This document shows positions 39,721-48,532 of a DNA stretch of 64,000 bases, piece after piece; within the stretch, counting starts at the first letter, position 1, and each line of letters starts with the position of its first letter. The notes under the pieces are model-generated. The model did no database searches, was not told the DNA's origin, and worked only from the letters and a program-made list of their open reading frames with translations. Origin of the DNA: Spirochaetaceae bacterium (GTDB lineage Bacteria; Spirochaetota; Spirochaetia; DSM-2461); the NCBI GenBank assembly GCA_051531975.1, contig JAOPTT010000005.1, positions 192,001 through 256,000 on the forward strand, given 5' to 3'. The position numbers were made by a program, and so were the translations under genes.

Positions 39721-41498
39721 GAAAAATTAATTATGATCTATACCCGGAAGTAAAAATAGAAGGGTTCCAGTATGAAACAGAAGTTGGATATAAAAATATT
39801 TCACTGGGAATTAAAAATAAAGTTTCTACTATAGATAAGAAGATAATTACTATAGTTGTGGAAACATACCCTGGTGTCAACGAAGAGGAAATCTTAATTA
39901 ATGTTACTAAATATTTAAATCCTTCACTTGTAATTAAATCTAACGAAGCCAATCTTTCGTTTTCTGATGTAAATGATCTGATTAAAAGAGACTTGACTGA
40001 AGATAGAGTCCGTGGATTTATGAACAACTATAATATGGAAGAGTTCTTTGATAGTAAAAAACTTGATGAGTTGAAAAACAGAATCGATAAAGTAGATTCC
40101 GGTGTTGTTTTGATCTTAGGAACCGGAGCGTCACTTATTAAAAAAGCCGATATGCTGATTTATTGTGACCTATCTAGATGGGAGATTCAGCTTCGTTATA
40201 GAAGGGAAGAGATAGCTAACTGGTGTGCAGATAATTATGCTGAAGATTTTCTTACAATGTATAAAAGAGCATATTTTGTTGATTGGCGTGTAGCGGATAG
40301 ATTTAAACAGAAGTTATTTAAAGATATAGATTTTCTCATGGATACTAATAAAACAATGGAACCTAAAATGATCTCTGGGACTACCTATAAAAAAGCACTA
40401 GAAATTGCAACATCAAAACCTTTCAGAACTGTTCCATATTTTGATTCAGGTTTATGGGGTGGTCAGTGGATGAAAGAGACATGTGGATTGGATAAAGAGA
40501 GCCCTAACTACGCCTGGTGTTTTGATGGAGTCCCTGAAGAAAATAGTCTTTTGCTTAATTTTGGTGAGACAACTATAGAGATACCATCAATTAATCTTGT
40601 TCTATTCCAGAGTGAGAAGTTATTAGGTGAGAAAGTTATAAGTCGATTTGGAAAGGAATTTCCAATCCGTTTTGATTTCCTTGATACTATGGAAGGTGGT
40701 AATTTAAGCCTACAGGTTCACCCTACAACAGACTTTATTAAAAAACAGTATGGAATGTCTTATACCCAGGATGAGAGTTATTATATTCTTGATGCCCAAG
40801 ATGATGCCACAGTTTATCTTGGAACAAAAACCGGAGTAGATTCAAAACAGATGATTAAAGAGTTAAATGATGCCCAGGGTGGAGGGGAAGCATTTGATAC
40901 TGAGAAGTTCATAAATAAAATTCCTGCAAAAAAACATGATCACTTTCTGATTCCTGCAGGTACAGTTCACTGTTCAGGTAAAAATGCCATGGTTCTTGAA
41001 ATAAGTGCCACCCCTTATATTTTCACTTTTAAATTGTGGGATTGGGGACGTGTTGGTATGGATGGAAAACCAAGACCAATTCATATAGAAGAAGGTGCCC
41101 AAGTTATAAATTATAATTTTGACACAGAGGCTATTTATAAAAATCACGTTAATAATATAACAACAATTACTGAACATAGTGAGTGGAGAGAAGAGAGAAC
41201 TGGTCTACATGAACTTGAATTTATAGAGACAAGGCGGCACTGGTTCAGTGGAAAAGTTCCCCATAATACTAAAGGTACAGTTAATGTTCTAAACCTTATT
41301 CAGGGGGAAGAGGCAATTATAGAGAGCCCAACAGGGGCATTTGAACCATTTATTGTTCATTATGCAGAAACATTTATTATTCCAGCAAGTGTAGGAGAAT
41401 ATACTATTAGTCCTTATGGGGATGCTGCTGGTCGTGAATGTGCAACGATGAAAGCATATGTTAGAAATTCTGAAAACAGTGATTTAGGAGATAATTAA
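39717..41498 (+). CDS. Class I mannose-6-phosphate isomerase-like protein, long form
   Basis: WGGQW, LSLQVHP, QDESYY, IPAGTVH, LEIS; ATGA overlap with the ROK stop. Confidence 0.85.
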   Translation: MRKINYDLYPEVKIEGFQYETEVGYKNISLGIKNKVSTIDKKIITIVVETYPGVNEEEILINVTKYLNPSLVIKSNEANLSFSDVNDLIKRDLTEDRVRGFMNNYNMEEFFDSKKLDELKNRIDKVDSGVVLILGTGASLIKKADMLIYCDLSRWEIQLRYRREEIANWCADNYAEDFLTMYKRAYFVDWRVADRFKQKLFKDIDFLMDTNKTMEPKMISGTTYKKALEIATSKPFRTVPYFDSGLWGGQWMKETCGLDKESPNYAWCFDGVPEENSLLLNFGETTIEIPSINLVLFQSEKLLGEKVISRFGKEFPIRFDFLDTMEGGNLSLQVHPTTDFIKKQYGMSYTQDESYYILDAQDDATVYLGTKTGVDSKQMIKELNDAQGGGEAFDTEKFINKIPAKKHDHFLIPAGTVHCSGKNAMVLEISATPYIFTFKLWDWGRVGMDGKPRPIHIEEGAQVINYNFDTEAIYKNHVNNITTITEHSEWREERTGLHELEFIETRRHWFSGKVPHNTKGTVNVLNLIQGEEAIIESPTGAFEPFIVHYAETFIIPASVGEYTISPYGDAAGRECATMKAYVRNSENSDLGDN

Positions 41499-44026
41499 TG
41501 AAAGATTATGGATTAAAGAGAAAATGGAAAATACATCTAATACACCATACACACCTTGATATTGGCTATACCCATACACAGGATGCTGTACTAAAGTTAC
41601 AGTTTAAACATCTTGAAAAAGCTATGGACTTAATAGATGAAAATATAAACCGTCCCTTTGAATCTAGATTCAGATGGAATCCAGAAGCCACATGGGCTAT
41701 AGAAGAGTGGTTTGAGCAGGCTTCAGAAATTAATAAAAAGCGTTTTATCTCCATGGTTAAAGGTGGGTATATAGGACTGGATGCTATGTATGGAAGTCTG
41801 CTAACCGGTTTATGTCGTCCAGAAGAATTAATGGAAAATTTTGATAACAAACATAGCTTTGAAAAAATTACAGATGTCAAAATTGATTCTGCAATGATAA
41901 CAGATGTTCCGGGATGGAATTGGGGTCTCGTTACAGCTTTGGCAGAAAATGGTGTTAAATATCTCTCGTCAGGGCCTAACCATATGGATAGAATTGGGCA
42001 TATATTAAAAGATTTTGGAGATAAACCATTTTATTGGCTATCACCTTCCGGTAAAGAGAAAGTACTTCTTTTTGTTCATGGAAAAGGATATGCATGGTTC
42101 CATACCGGTCTAAATAGAACAAAAAATCTAAGAAATAAACTAACTCCTGGTAGAATGGCAAGATATCTTAAAAAACTTGAAAATTCTAACTACCCATATA
42201 ATACAATAATAATTAGGTATAACATTGGTTCGGATAACGGTCCTCCAGATGTTAACCTTAGTAAAATTGTAGAAGAGTGGAATAGCAGTATTACCCAGAT
42301 GAAACTTAATCTATCAACAACATCCAAGGCTATGGGTGATTTTGAGAATGATTATGCAGATGTACTACCCCAATTTCAAGGGGACATTACACCCTATTGG
42401 GAAGATGGTGCATATTCATCCTCTAGAGAGTCCGCTATAAATCGTGAGGCAGGGGAGAGATTAACCCAGGCTAATACTCTATCTGCTATGAATCAAAAAG
42501 CGGAAAGTAATAAAATACTTTTTCATAAAGCTTGGAACAATGTTATTTTATACAGTGAACATACTTGGGGAGCTCATAACTCAATAAGTAGACCTAATCA
42601 TCCATTTGCACTTAGTCAGTGGGCTTGGAAAAAGCAGAGAGCCTTAGATGCCTCTTCTATGTCAAAAGAACTTATAACAAGTAGCAGTAGTGGAACATTT
42701 GTATCACCTAGGTATTATAACGATATACTTGAAAATAAAGCCTCAGACTTAGTTCATGATGAGGTAACAGTTTATAATACCCAAAGTTGGTCTGTTTCTG
42801 GGATTGTTAAATTTAATAGTACCAAAGGTAATATTGTAGATGATTTGGGGAAGCCAGTTTTATCACAGAGATTAAACGATGGGACTATGGCTTTTATGAC
42901 AAAGGATATACCTTCTACAGGGAGTAGAAAGTATTTTATATCCCAGTTTGAAAATGGTTTAAGTGAATCAGACTGTTCTACTGATGGTTTTAATATTTGG
43001 AATGATAAGGTTAAATTGTCTGTAGATAAAAAAACTGGAACAATTAAAAGTATTCTTTTTGGAAACAAAGAGTTAATAAAGCAGAGTGAATTAGAGAAAT
43101 TTAATGATTATGTATTTGTAAAAACAAGGTTTATACGGTTTAGAAAAAAGAACAAAGAAAATAGAGATATTAAACTGTCAATTGTAGAAAAAGGGCCACT
43201 TATATCCACTATAAGAATTAGACAAAGTGGTTATAAAACAAATTCTATAATTACTGATATTACATTGATTGCAGGAAGTGAAAAAATATATATAAATAAC
43301 CTTCTTGATAGACCTGCAGCTAGAAGAAAAGAGGGTTTGCATTTTGAGTTTCCATTTAACCTACCTAATGGAAGAGTTAAATACGATACAACCTGGGGAT
43401 CCGCAGTTGTAGATAAGGATCAGCTAAAGGGAGCCAATAGAAATTTTATTACAGCTACAAGATGGTTTGATATCTCTGATTCAGAAACAGGTGTATCATG
43501 TGCTCTATTAGATGCACCCATGTTTAAATCAGGTTCGTTAATTAATGATCCTAGAAGATTTGGTAATCCTGTACGTAGCGGTTGGATAGAAGAGACTAAA
43601 TACAACGGAACTATTTACTCCTATGTTATGAATAACTACTGGCAGACTAATTATAAAGCTGATCAGGAGGGTAAAACTCTTTTTAGATATGTCTTTAGAC
43701 CCCATGGGAAATATAGTGAGGAAGAGACTTATAGATTTGCTATGGAAGAAGCCCAGCCTCTAATTGTTACTTCTAAGGGAATCAATACTAGGAGTAGCCT
43801 TATAACTTTAAGTGATAATAGGATTATAACAACTTCTATTAAACCAGAAGGGGACAACCTTGTTATTCGTCTGTTTAATATTTCAGAAGAGGAAGTTGAA
43901 ACAAATATTACTTCAAAAATTGATGGGATTTTAGCTGTATTAAGTCCTTTAAAGGATAATAATCTTAAAAATGGGAAGGTTAGTCTTTCCCCTAAAGAGA
44001 CAATATTGATAATATTAAAAAAATAA
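41498..44026 (+). CDS. GH38-like glycoside hydrolase
   Basis: HHTHLDIGYT, DVPG, PYWEDG, YSEHTWG, MNNYWQTNY. Confidence 0.8.
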   Translation: MKDYGLKRKWKIHLIHHTHLDIGYTHTQDAVLKLQFKHLEKAMDLIDENINRPFESRFRWNPEATWAIEEWFEQASEINKKRFISMVKGGYIGLDAMYGSLLTGLCRPEELMENFDNKHSFEKITDVKIDSAMITDVPGWNWGLVTALAENGVKYLSSGPNHMDRIGHILKDFGDKPFYWLSPSGKEKVLLFVHGKGYAWFHTGLNRTKNLRNKLTPGRMARYLKKLENSNYPYNTIIIRYNIGSDNGPPDVNLSKIVEEWNSSITQMKLNLSTTSKAMGDFENDYADVLPQFQGDITPYWEDGAYSSSRESAINREAGERLTQANTLSAMNQKAESNKILFHKAWNNVILYSEHTWGAHNSISRPNHPFALSQWAWKKQRALDASSMSKELITSSSSGTFVSPRYYNDILENKASDLVHDEVTVYNTQSWSVSGIVKFNSTKGNIVDDLGKPVLSQRLNDGTMAFMTKDIPSTGSRKYFISQFENGLSESDCSTDGFNIWNDKVKLSVDKKTGTIKSILFGNKELIKQSELEKFNDYVFVKTRFIRFRKKNKENRDIKLSIVEKGPLISTIRIRQSGYKTNSIITDITLIAGSEKIYINNLLDRPAARRKEGLHFEFPFNLPNGRVKYDTTWGSAVVDKDQLKGANRNFITATRWFDISDSETGVSCALLDAPMFKSGSLINDPRRFGNPVRSGWIEETKYNGTIYSYVMNNYWQTNYKADQEGKTLFRYVFRPHGKYSEEETYRFAMEEAQPLIVTSKGINTRSSLITLSDNRIITTSIKPEGDNLVIRLFNISEEEVETNITSKIDGILAVLSPLKDNNLKNGKVSLSPKETILIILKK

Positions 44027-44058
44027 AAAACATTTCAAAGTAGTATTCTTTAATATAA

Positions 44059-44100
44059 ATGGATCAAATACAGCTAAGGTTAAAGCTGTAATTGATCCAT
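44059..44100. terminator. Hairpin after the GH38-like gene
   Basis: ATGGATCAAATACAGCT / AGCTGTAATTGATCCAT arms, 16/17 paired. Confidence 0.6.
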
Positions 44101-44216
44101 ATCATACATCATTTCCTGTGTTACCTGTAATGTAACTAGGGGAGGAATAATTCACAAAATGTTACTGCTTGTTTATGTTATTTAGGATATGAGAATTACA
44201 ACGTTTAATAATTCAA

Positions 44217-44381
44217 TTATTTAACATTGAATACTAAATCATCTATAGGAAATGTCTCCTCACTAACATCTTTAGTAATGTTATCGGTAATCCATAATTT
44301 ATAATGAAACATACCCTCATATTCCCATTTAGTAATTTCAACTTCTTCTTTTCTAGATTTTATATAGACTAAACTTTTCAT
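44217..44381 (-). CDS. 54-aa small ORF or gene remnant
   Basis: AAAGGGA-N6-ATG; MKSLVYIKSRKEEVEITKWEYEGMFHYKLWITDNITKDVSEETFPIDDLVFNVK. Confidence 0.35.
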   Translation of the reverse strand: MKSLVYIKSRKEEVEITKWEYEGMFHYKLWITDNITKDVSEETFPIDDLVFNVK

Positions 44382-44511
44382 TTAAAAGTCCCTTTAATAA
44401 TTAGTATTCAAATTATTTTATTATAAACAAAATATTATTACGGTAACTTATGTTACAAAGCTACATATAATTCCTTTTTTTACCTTTTTAATATAAATAT
44501 AGAATATCAAT

Positions 44512-44549
44512 TAGTACTGCTTGACGTTAATAATGCCAAGCAGTACTAT
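44512..44549 (+). promoter_or_regulatory. higBA promoter inside an operator palindrome
   Basis: TTGACG-N17-TACTAT within a TAGTACTGCTTGACGTT / AATGCCAAGCAGTACTA inverted repeat (15/17). Confidence 0.8.
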
Positions 44550-44555
44550 TAAGTT

Positions 44556-44837
44556 ATGATATTTTTTTTCAAAAATAAAGATTCAGAAAAAATATGGAAC
44601 CAAATATATGTAAAGAAAATTCCTAAGGATGTTCAAAGAATAGGTCTTCGAAAATTATTTATCCTACACAGAGCTAAAAATATAAATGATTTAAAAGTTC
44701 CACCGGGTAATAAGTTAGAAAAGTTATCGGGAGACAGAAAGGATCAGTACAGCATCAGGATAAATGATCAATGGAGAATTTGTTTCATCTGGAATGAAGG
44801 AATAATAAATAATGTTGAAATTGTTGATTATCACTAA
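44556..44837 (+). CDS. higB: HigB (RelE/ParE superfamily) toxin
   Basis: [33 protein letters not shown]...IVDYH. Confidence 0.93.
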   Translation: MIFFFKNKDSEKIWNQIYVKKIPKDVQRIGLRKLFILHRAKNINDLKVPPGNKLEKLSGDRKDQYSIRINDQWRICFIWNEGIINNVEIVDYH

Positions 44838-44848
44838 GGGGAGATTAA

Positions 44849-45142
44849 ATGGAACTAATACCTAATATAACACCAGGAGAAATACTTTTAGAAGAATTTC
44901 TAAAACCAATGAAAATAAGTGCATATAGGTTATCTAAAGATACAATGATGCCAGCAACAAGAATTTCAGAAATTATTAAAGGTCGTAGAAAAGTTACAGC
45001 AGATACGGCCTTAAGGCTTGGTGCTTATTTTGGAAATAGTCCAGATTTTTGGTTAGGAATCCAAGATGAATTCGATCTAAGAAAAGAAAAAATAAAAATA
45101 GAAATGGAATTAAAAAAAATACCACATGCTGTTGCTACATAG
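44849..45142 (+). CDS. higA: HigA antitoxin
   Basis: PGEILLEEFL, RISEIIKGRRKVTADTALRL, FWLGIQ. Confidence 0.93.
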   Translation: MELIPNITPGEILLEEFLKPMKISAYRLSKDTMMPATRISEIIKGRRKVTADTALRLGAYFGNSPDFWLGIQDEFDLRKEKIKIEMELKKIPHAVAT

Positions 45143-45163
45143 ATATGAAAATCTTGTCCCGAT

Positions 45164-45274
45164 GTGTAACAAACTGTTGGAAAAGAAAAATTATCGATCA
45201 CAGTCTATGCAAATAAAATGCAAAGACTGCGCCAACCCTATGGGACAAATTTTCTTCTTAACAGGACGTTATTC
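45164..45274 (+). mobile_element. Integron attC-like recombination site (111 bp)
   Basis: R'' GTGTAAC, 5 nt, L'' GTTGGAAAAGAAAAATT, inner stem CAGTCTATGCA/TGCAAAGACTG, L' AATTTTCTTCTTAAC, 5 nt, R' GTTATTC. Confidence 0.75.
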
Positions 45275-45339
45275 CGATTGAAAAATAATCAATTTAGGAC
45301 TATACTCCAGATAATGAGCTTTATTCTGGGAGTATAGTC

Positions 45340-46548
45340 ATGATTGATAATATTATTTCAACATATAAAAGGTTAATAAATTACACAAATTTTAACCACC
45401 ACAGATATATTTATGATAAATTTAACCTTAATAATAGGCTAACAGGTTTAATTGGACCCCGAGGAACTGGAAAAACAACATTATTATTACAATACATAAA
45501 AGAAAAATTATGTGTTGATGAGTGCATATATACATCATTAGATAACCTATACTTTACTCAAAACAATCTTATTGAATTTGTTAATGAACTTTATGAATTT
45601 CATGGAATTAGATACTTTTTCTTTGATGAAACACACAAATATCCTAACTGGAATCAAGAATTAAAAAATCTATATGACTCATATCCAGATATTAAAATTG
45701 TATTTTCAGGAAGTTCTAGTTTAGACCTTATAAAAGGTTCATATGACCTATCAAGACGTGGTGTTATATACAAAATAGGAGGAATGTCATTTAGAGAATA
45801 TTTACTATTTAATGATATAACTAATATTCCTCCAATAACTTTAAATGAGTTAATAGAAAATAAAAATCACTATGAAACTGAAATAGGCTCTATAAAAATG
45901 ATAATGGGACATTTTAGAAATTATTTAGGTAAAGGATATTATCCTTTTCTTTTAGAAGACTCAGAAAGCTATAATCATAAAATTCAAAGAATCATAGAAA
46001 AAACAATATATGAAGATATTGCTAATCACTACAAACTCAAAACAGAAAACTTAATTAATTTTAAAAGAATAATTTCATATATGGCAACTATACCTCCTGG
46101 AGAACTAAATATAAATAATATATCCAAGAATATTGGATTAGATAATAAAACTATTCAAAACTATTTAGAGATCTTACAAGAGACAGGATTGATAGAATTA
46201 ATTATAAAGAATAGATCAGGAAGCCAAATATTAAAGAAAACAGAGAAAATATTTTTAGATAATCCAGACTTATATAAATCAACAAGTAAAGAAATAGGGT
46301 TTGAAACACAAGTAGGCACTTTAAGAGAAATATTTTTTATTAAAATGATGCTAAATTCAGATAATAAAATTCATTATAGTGAGATTGGAGACTACACAGT
46401 AAATAATATTAACTATGAAATTGGTGGAAAGAATAAAGATTTAAAACAAATTAAGAATCATTTAGATAACTCATTCCTTGTAAAAGATGAAATATTAACT
46501 GGGAACAAATATGAAATACCACTATATTTATTGGGATTTTTATATTAG
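45340..46548 (+). CDS. AAA+ ATPase (AAA_14/DUF4143 type)
   Basis: Walker A GPRGTGKT, Walker B FFDE, FSGSS, MSFREYL, GYYPF, EIGGKNK, PLYLLGFLY; very AT-rich. Confidence 0.88.
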   Translation: MIDNIISTYKRLINYTNFNHHRYIYDKFNLNNRLTGLIGPRGTGKTTLLLQYIKEKLCVDECIYTSLDNLYFTQNNLIEFVNELYEFHGIRYFFFDETHKYPNWNQELKNLYDSYPDIKIVFSGSSSLDLIKGSYDLSRRGVIYKIGGMSFREYLLFNDITNIPPITLNELIENKNHYETEIGSIKMIMGHFRNYLGKGYYPFLLEDSESYNHKIQRIIEKTIYEDIANHYKLKTENLINFKRIISYMATIPPGELNINNISKNIGLDNKTIQNYLEILQETGLIELIIKNRSGSQILKKTEKIFLDNPDLYKSTSKEIGFETQVGTLREIFFIKMMLNSDNKIHYSEIGDYTVNNINYEIGGKNKDLKQIKNHLDNSFLVKDEILTGNKYEIPLYLLGFLY

Positions 46549-46614
46549 TAATTACTACTAAAGTATAATGGATTTCAAATACAGTTAGAGCTATTATGTA
46601 TAAGAGGAATAAAT

Positions 46615-46716
46615 ATGAAATTTGTAGAATTACTTAATAAGACCAATTGGAATGACATAGAAGAATGTTTACTTAATAAATTATTGTTCCTCTTTTCTTA
46701 TTATACAGTGTTCTAA
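46615..46716 (+). pseudogene. Truncated gene start (possible next cassette) running into the convergent GH2 3' end
   Basis: AGAGGA-N6-ATG; MKFVELLNKTNWNDIEECLL, then overlap with the antisense gene. Confidence 0.4.
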
Positions 46717-48494
46717 ACTCTTTATAAATTAACCTGTTTAACTCAGCAACTACATCTTCATCAATTTTAAGAACTTTTCTATCGTAGGTGTAAAAACCAT
46801 TTGATTCAATTTCGACATCAGAAAATTGGGTATAAACAGCTCCACCTAAACCATGCTTTAATAGTGGGATCAGCTGATCTTCTATTAGACTTCTATAGGC
46901 TGTTTCTAACTCTTCTTTACTCTTAAAGGATATATAAGAAAACTTCTTTTTCTCATCCCACATATTACCAATAGATTTAAGATTATACCCACCATATTCT
47001 GATATTAAGTAGACTCTCTGATCTCTCTTTTTTGGTTTTTGTAATTTCTTCGAATACTTATGTACAGAGTTAAAATCCCCAACACCTTGATCAAACCAAC
47101 CAGAAGCGTGGTCAACTATCCTGGTAGGATCATAATCTTCTACAATTGTATTAATTCTTTTAGCATCATACTGTCCCCAAGCTTCATTAAATGGGCACCA
47201 GACCAATATCGATGGATAGTTATGCAGGTGATCCATTAACTCTATTAACTCTCTTTCAAAATCCTCATTGGACTCGATACTATTTCGGCCAGCACTTTTT
47301 TTATATGGTTTGGAGGTATCCTTTATGTGGTAACCAAATAGGTAGTGTAATACATCCCCAACTGGTTCAACTCTGTTAGTTCCTCCAGACATCATATCCT
47401 GTATTACAATCAGTCCAATCCTGTCAGCATGGTAATACCATCGTCTAGGTTCTACCTTTATATGTTTACGGGTCATATTAAACCCTAGTGATTTTGTCTT
47501 ATTTAGATCGAAGAGTATAGCTTCCTCTGAAGGGGGAGTCATACCACTCTCAGGCCAATATCCCTGATCTAATGGTCCGTGTAAAAAGATAGGTATGTCA
47601 TTTAGATATATTGCCTTTGATGTTGTTATACCAGAACCAAGTTCAATTTTTCTCATTGCAAAATAGCTTTCAATACGATCCAGAACGTTATCATCTTCTA
47701 ATAATTCTAGGACTAAATTATATAAAAATGGTGAGTCAGGAGACCATAGTATCTGATTTGGAATTGGAATAAATTTTGTATTATTACATGGTACAATAGC
47801 TGAAGTTACTATTCTATTTTCATCAAAAACAGATACTCTAACAACTCCAGGAGTTTTTGTTTTCACATTTATTTTAAGTTGTGACTCATCAACATTGGGG
47901 GGTAAGTTTAATAGAATGAATATAATTATCTTTTGCTACAGGTTCCAACCAGACTGATTGCCATATTCCACTGGTTGCAGTATAAAAACAACCCTTTGGT
48001 TTTAGTGACTGTTTACCCCTCTGTTGCCAATGGGTATCTGTTGGGTCCCAAACACAGAGCTGGATTTCATTTTTATCAGTATTTAGGTATTTTGTTATAT
48101 CAAAACTAAAAGGGATATAACCACCCTGGTGTATTCCAACAGAGACATCATTAACATAACATTCACAATACCAGTCAACAGCTTCAAAGTTCAGTAAAAT
48201 GCTCTTACCTTGCCAATCTTCAGGAATGTTAAATATTTTCCTGTACCAGAGATTCTCATTGGGAAGAAGGGCTTTTTTTACACCTGAACTAGCACTTTCT
48301 ATTGCAAATGGAACAAGAATCTCTCCCGTATATAGATCTGGTATATATTGTTGATGCCCGGTTATAACATAGTCCCAAGGGCCATTTAAACTTTTCCATT
48401 CTGACCTAACTAGTTGTGGTCTTGGATATTCATTTAATGGGTCATTTAAATCTATGTTTTCTCCCCAAACAGTGCTTATATCTATATTTTTCAA
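46673..48494 (-). pseudogene. GH2 glycosidase split by a +1 frameshift
   Basis: ORFs 47889-48494 (LNFEAVDW, SGIWQSVWLE) and 46673-47866 (LDQGYWP, RKHIK, PFNEAW) join as ...KLTPNVDE... if one C of the C6 run at 47897-47902 is removed. Confidence 0.88.
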
Positions 48495-48532
48495 ATGGTA
48501 CCCCCTTTAAGTTTTTTTACTTAAAAATCATA

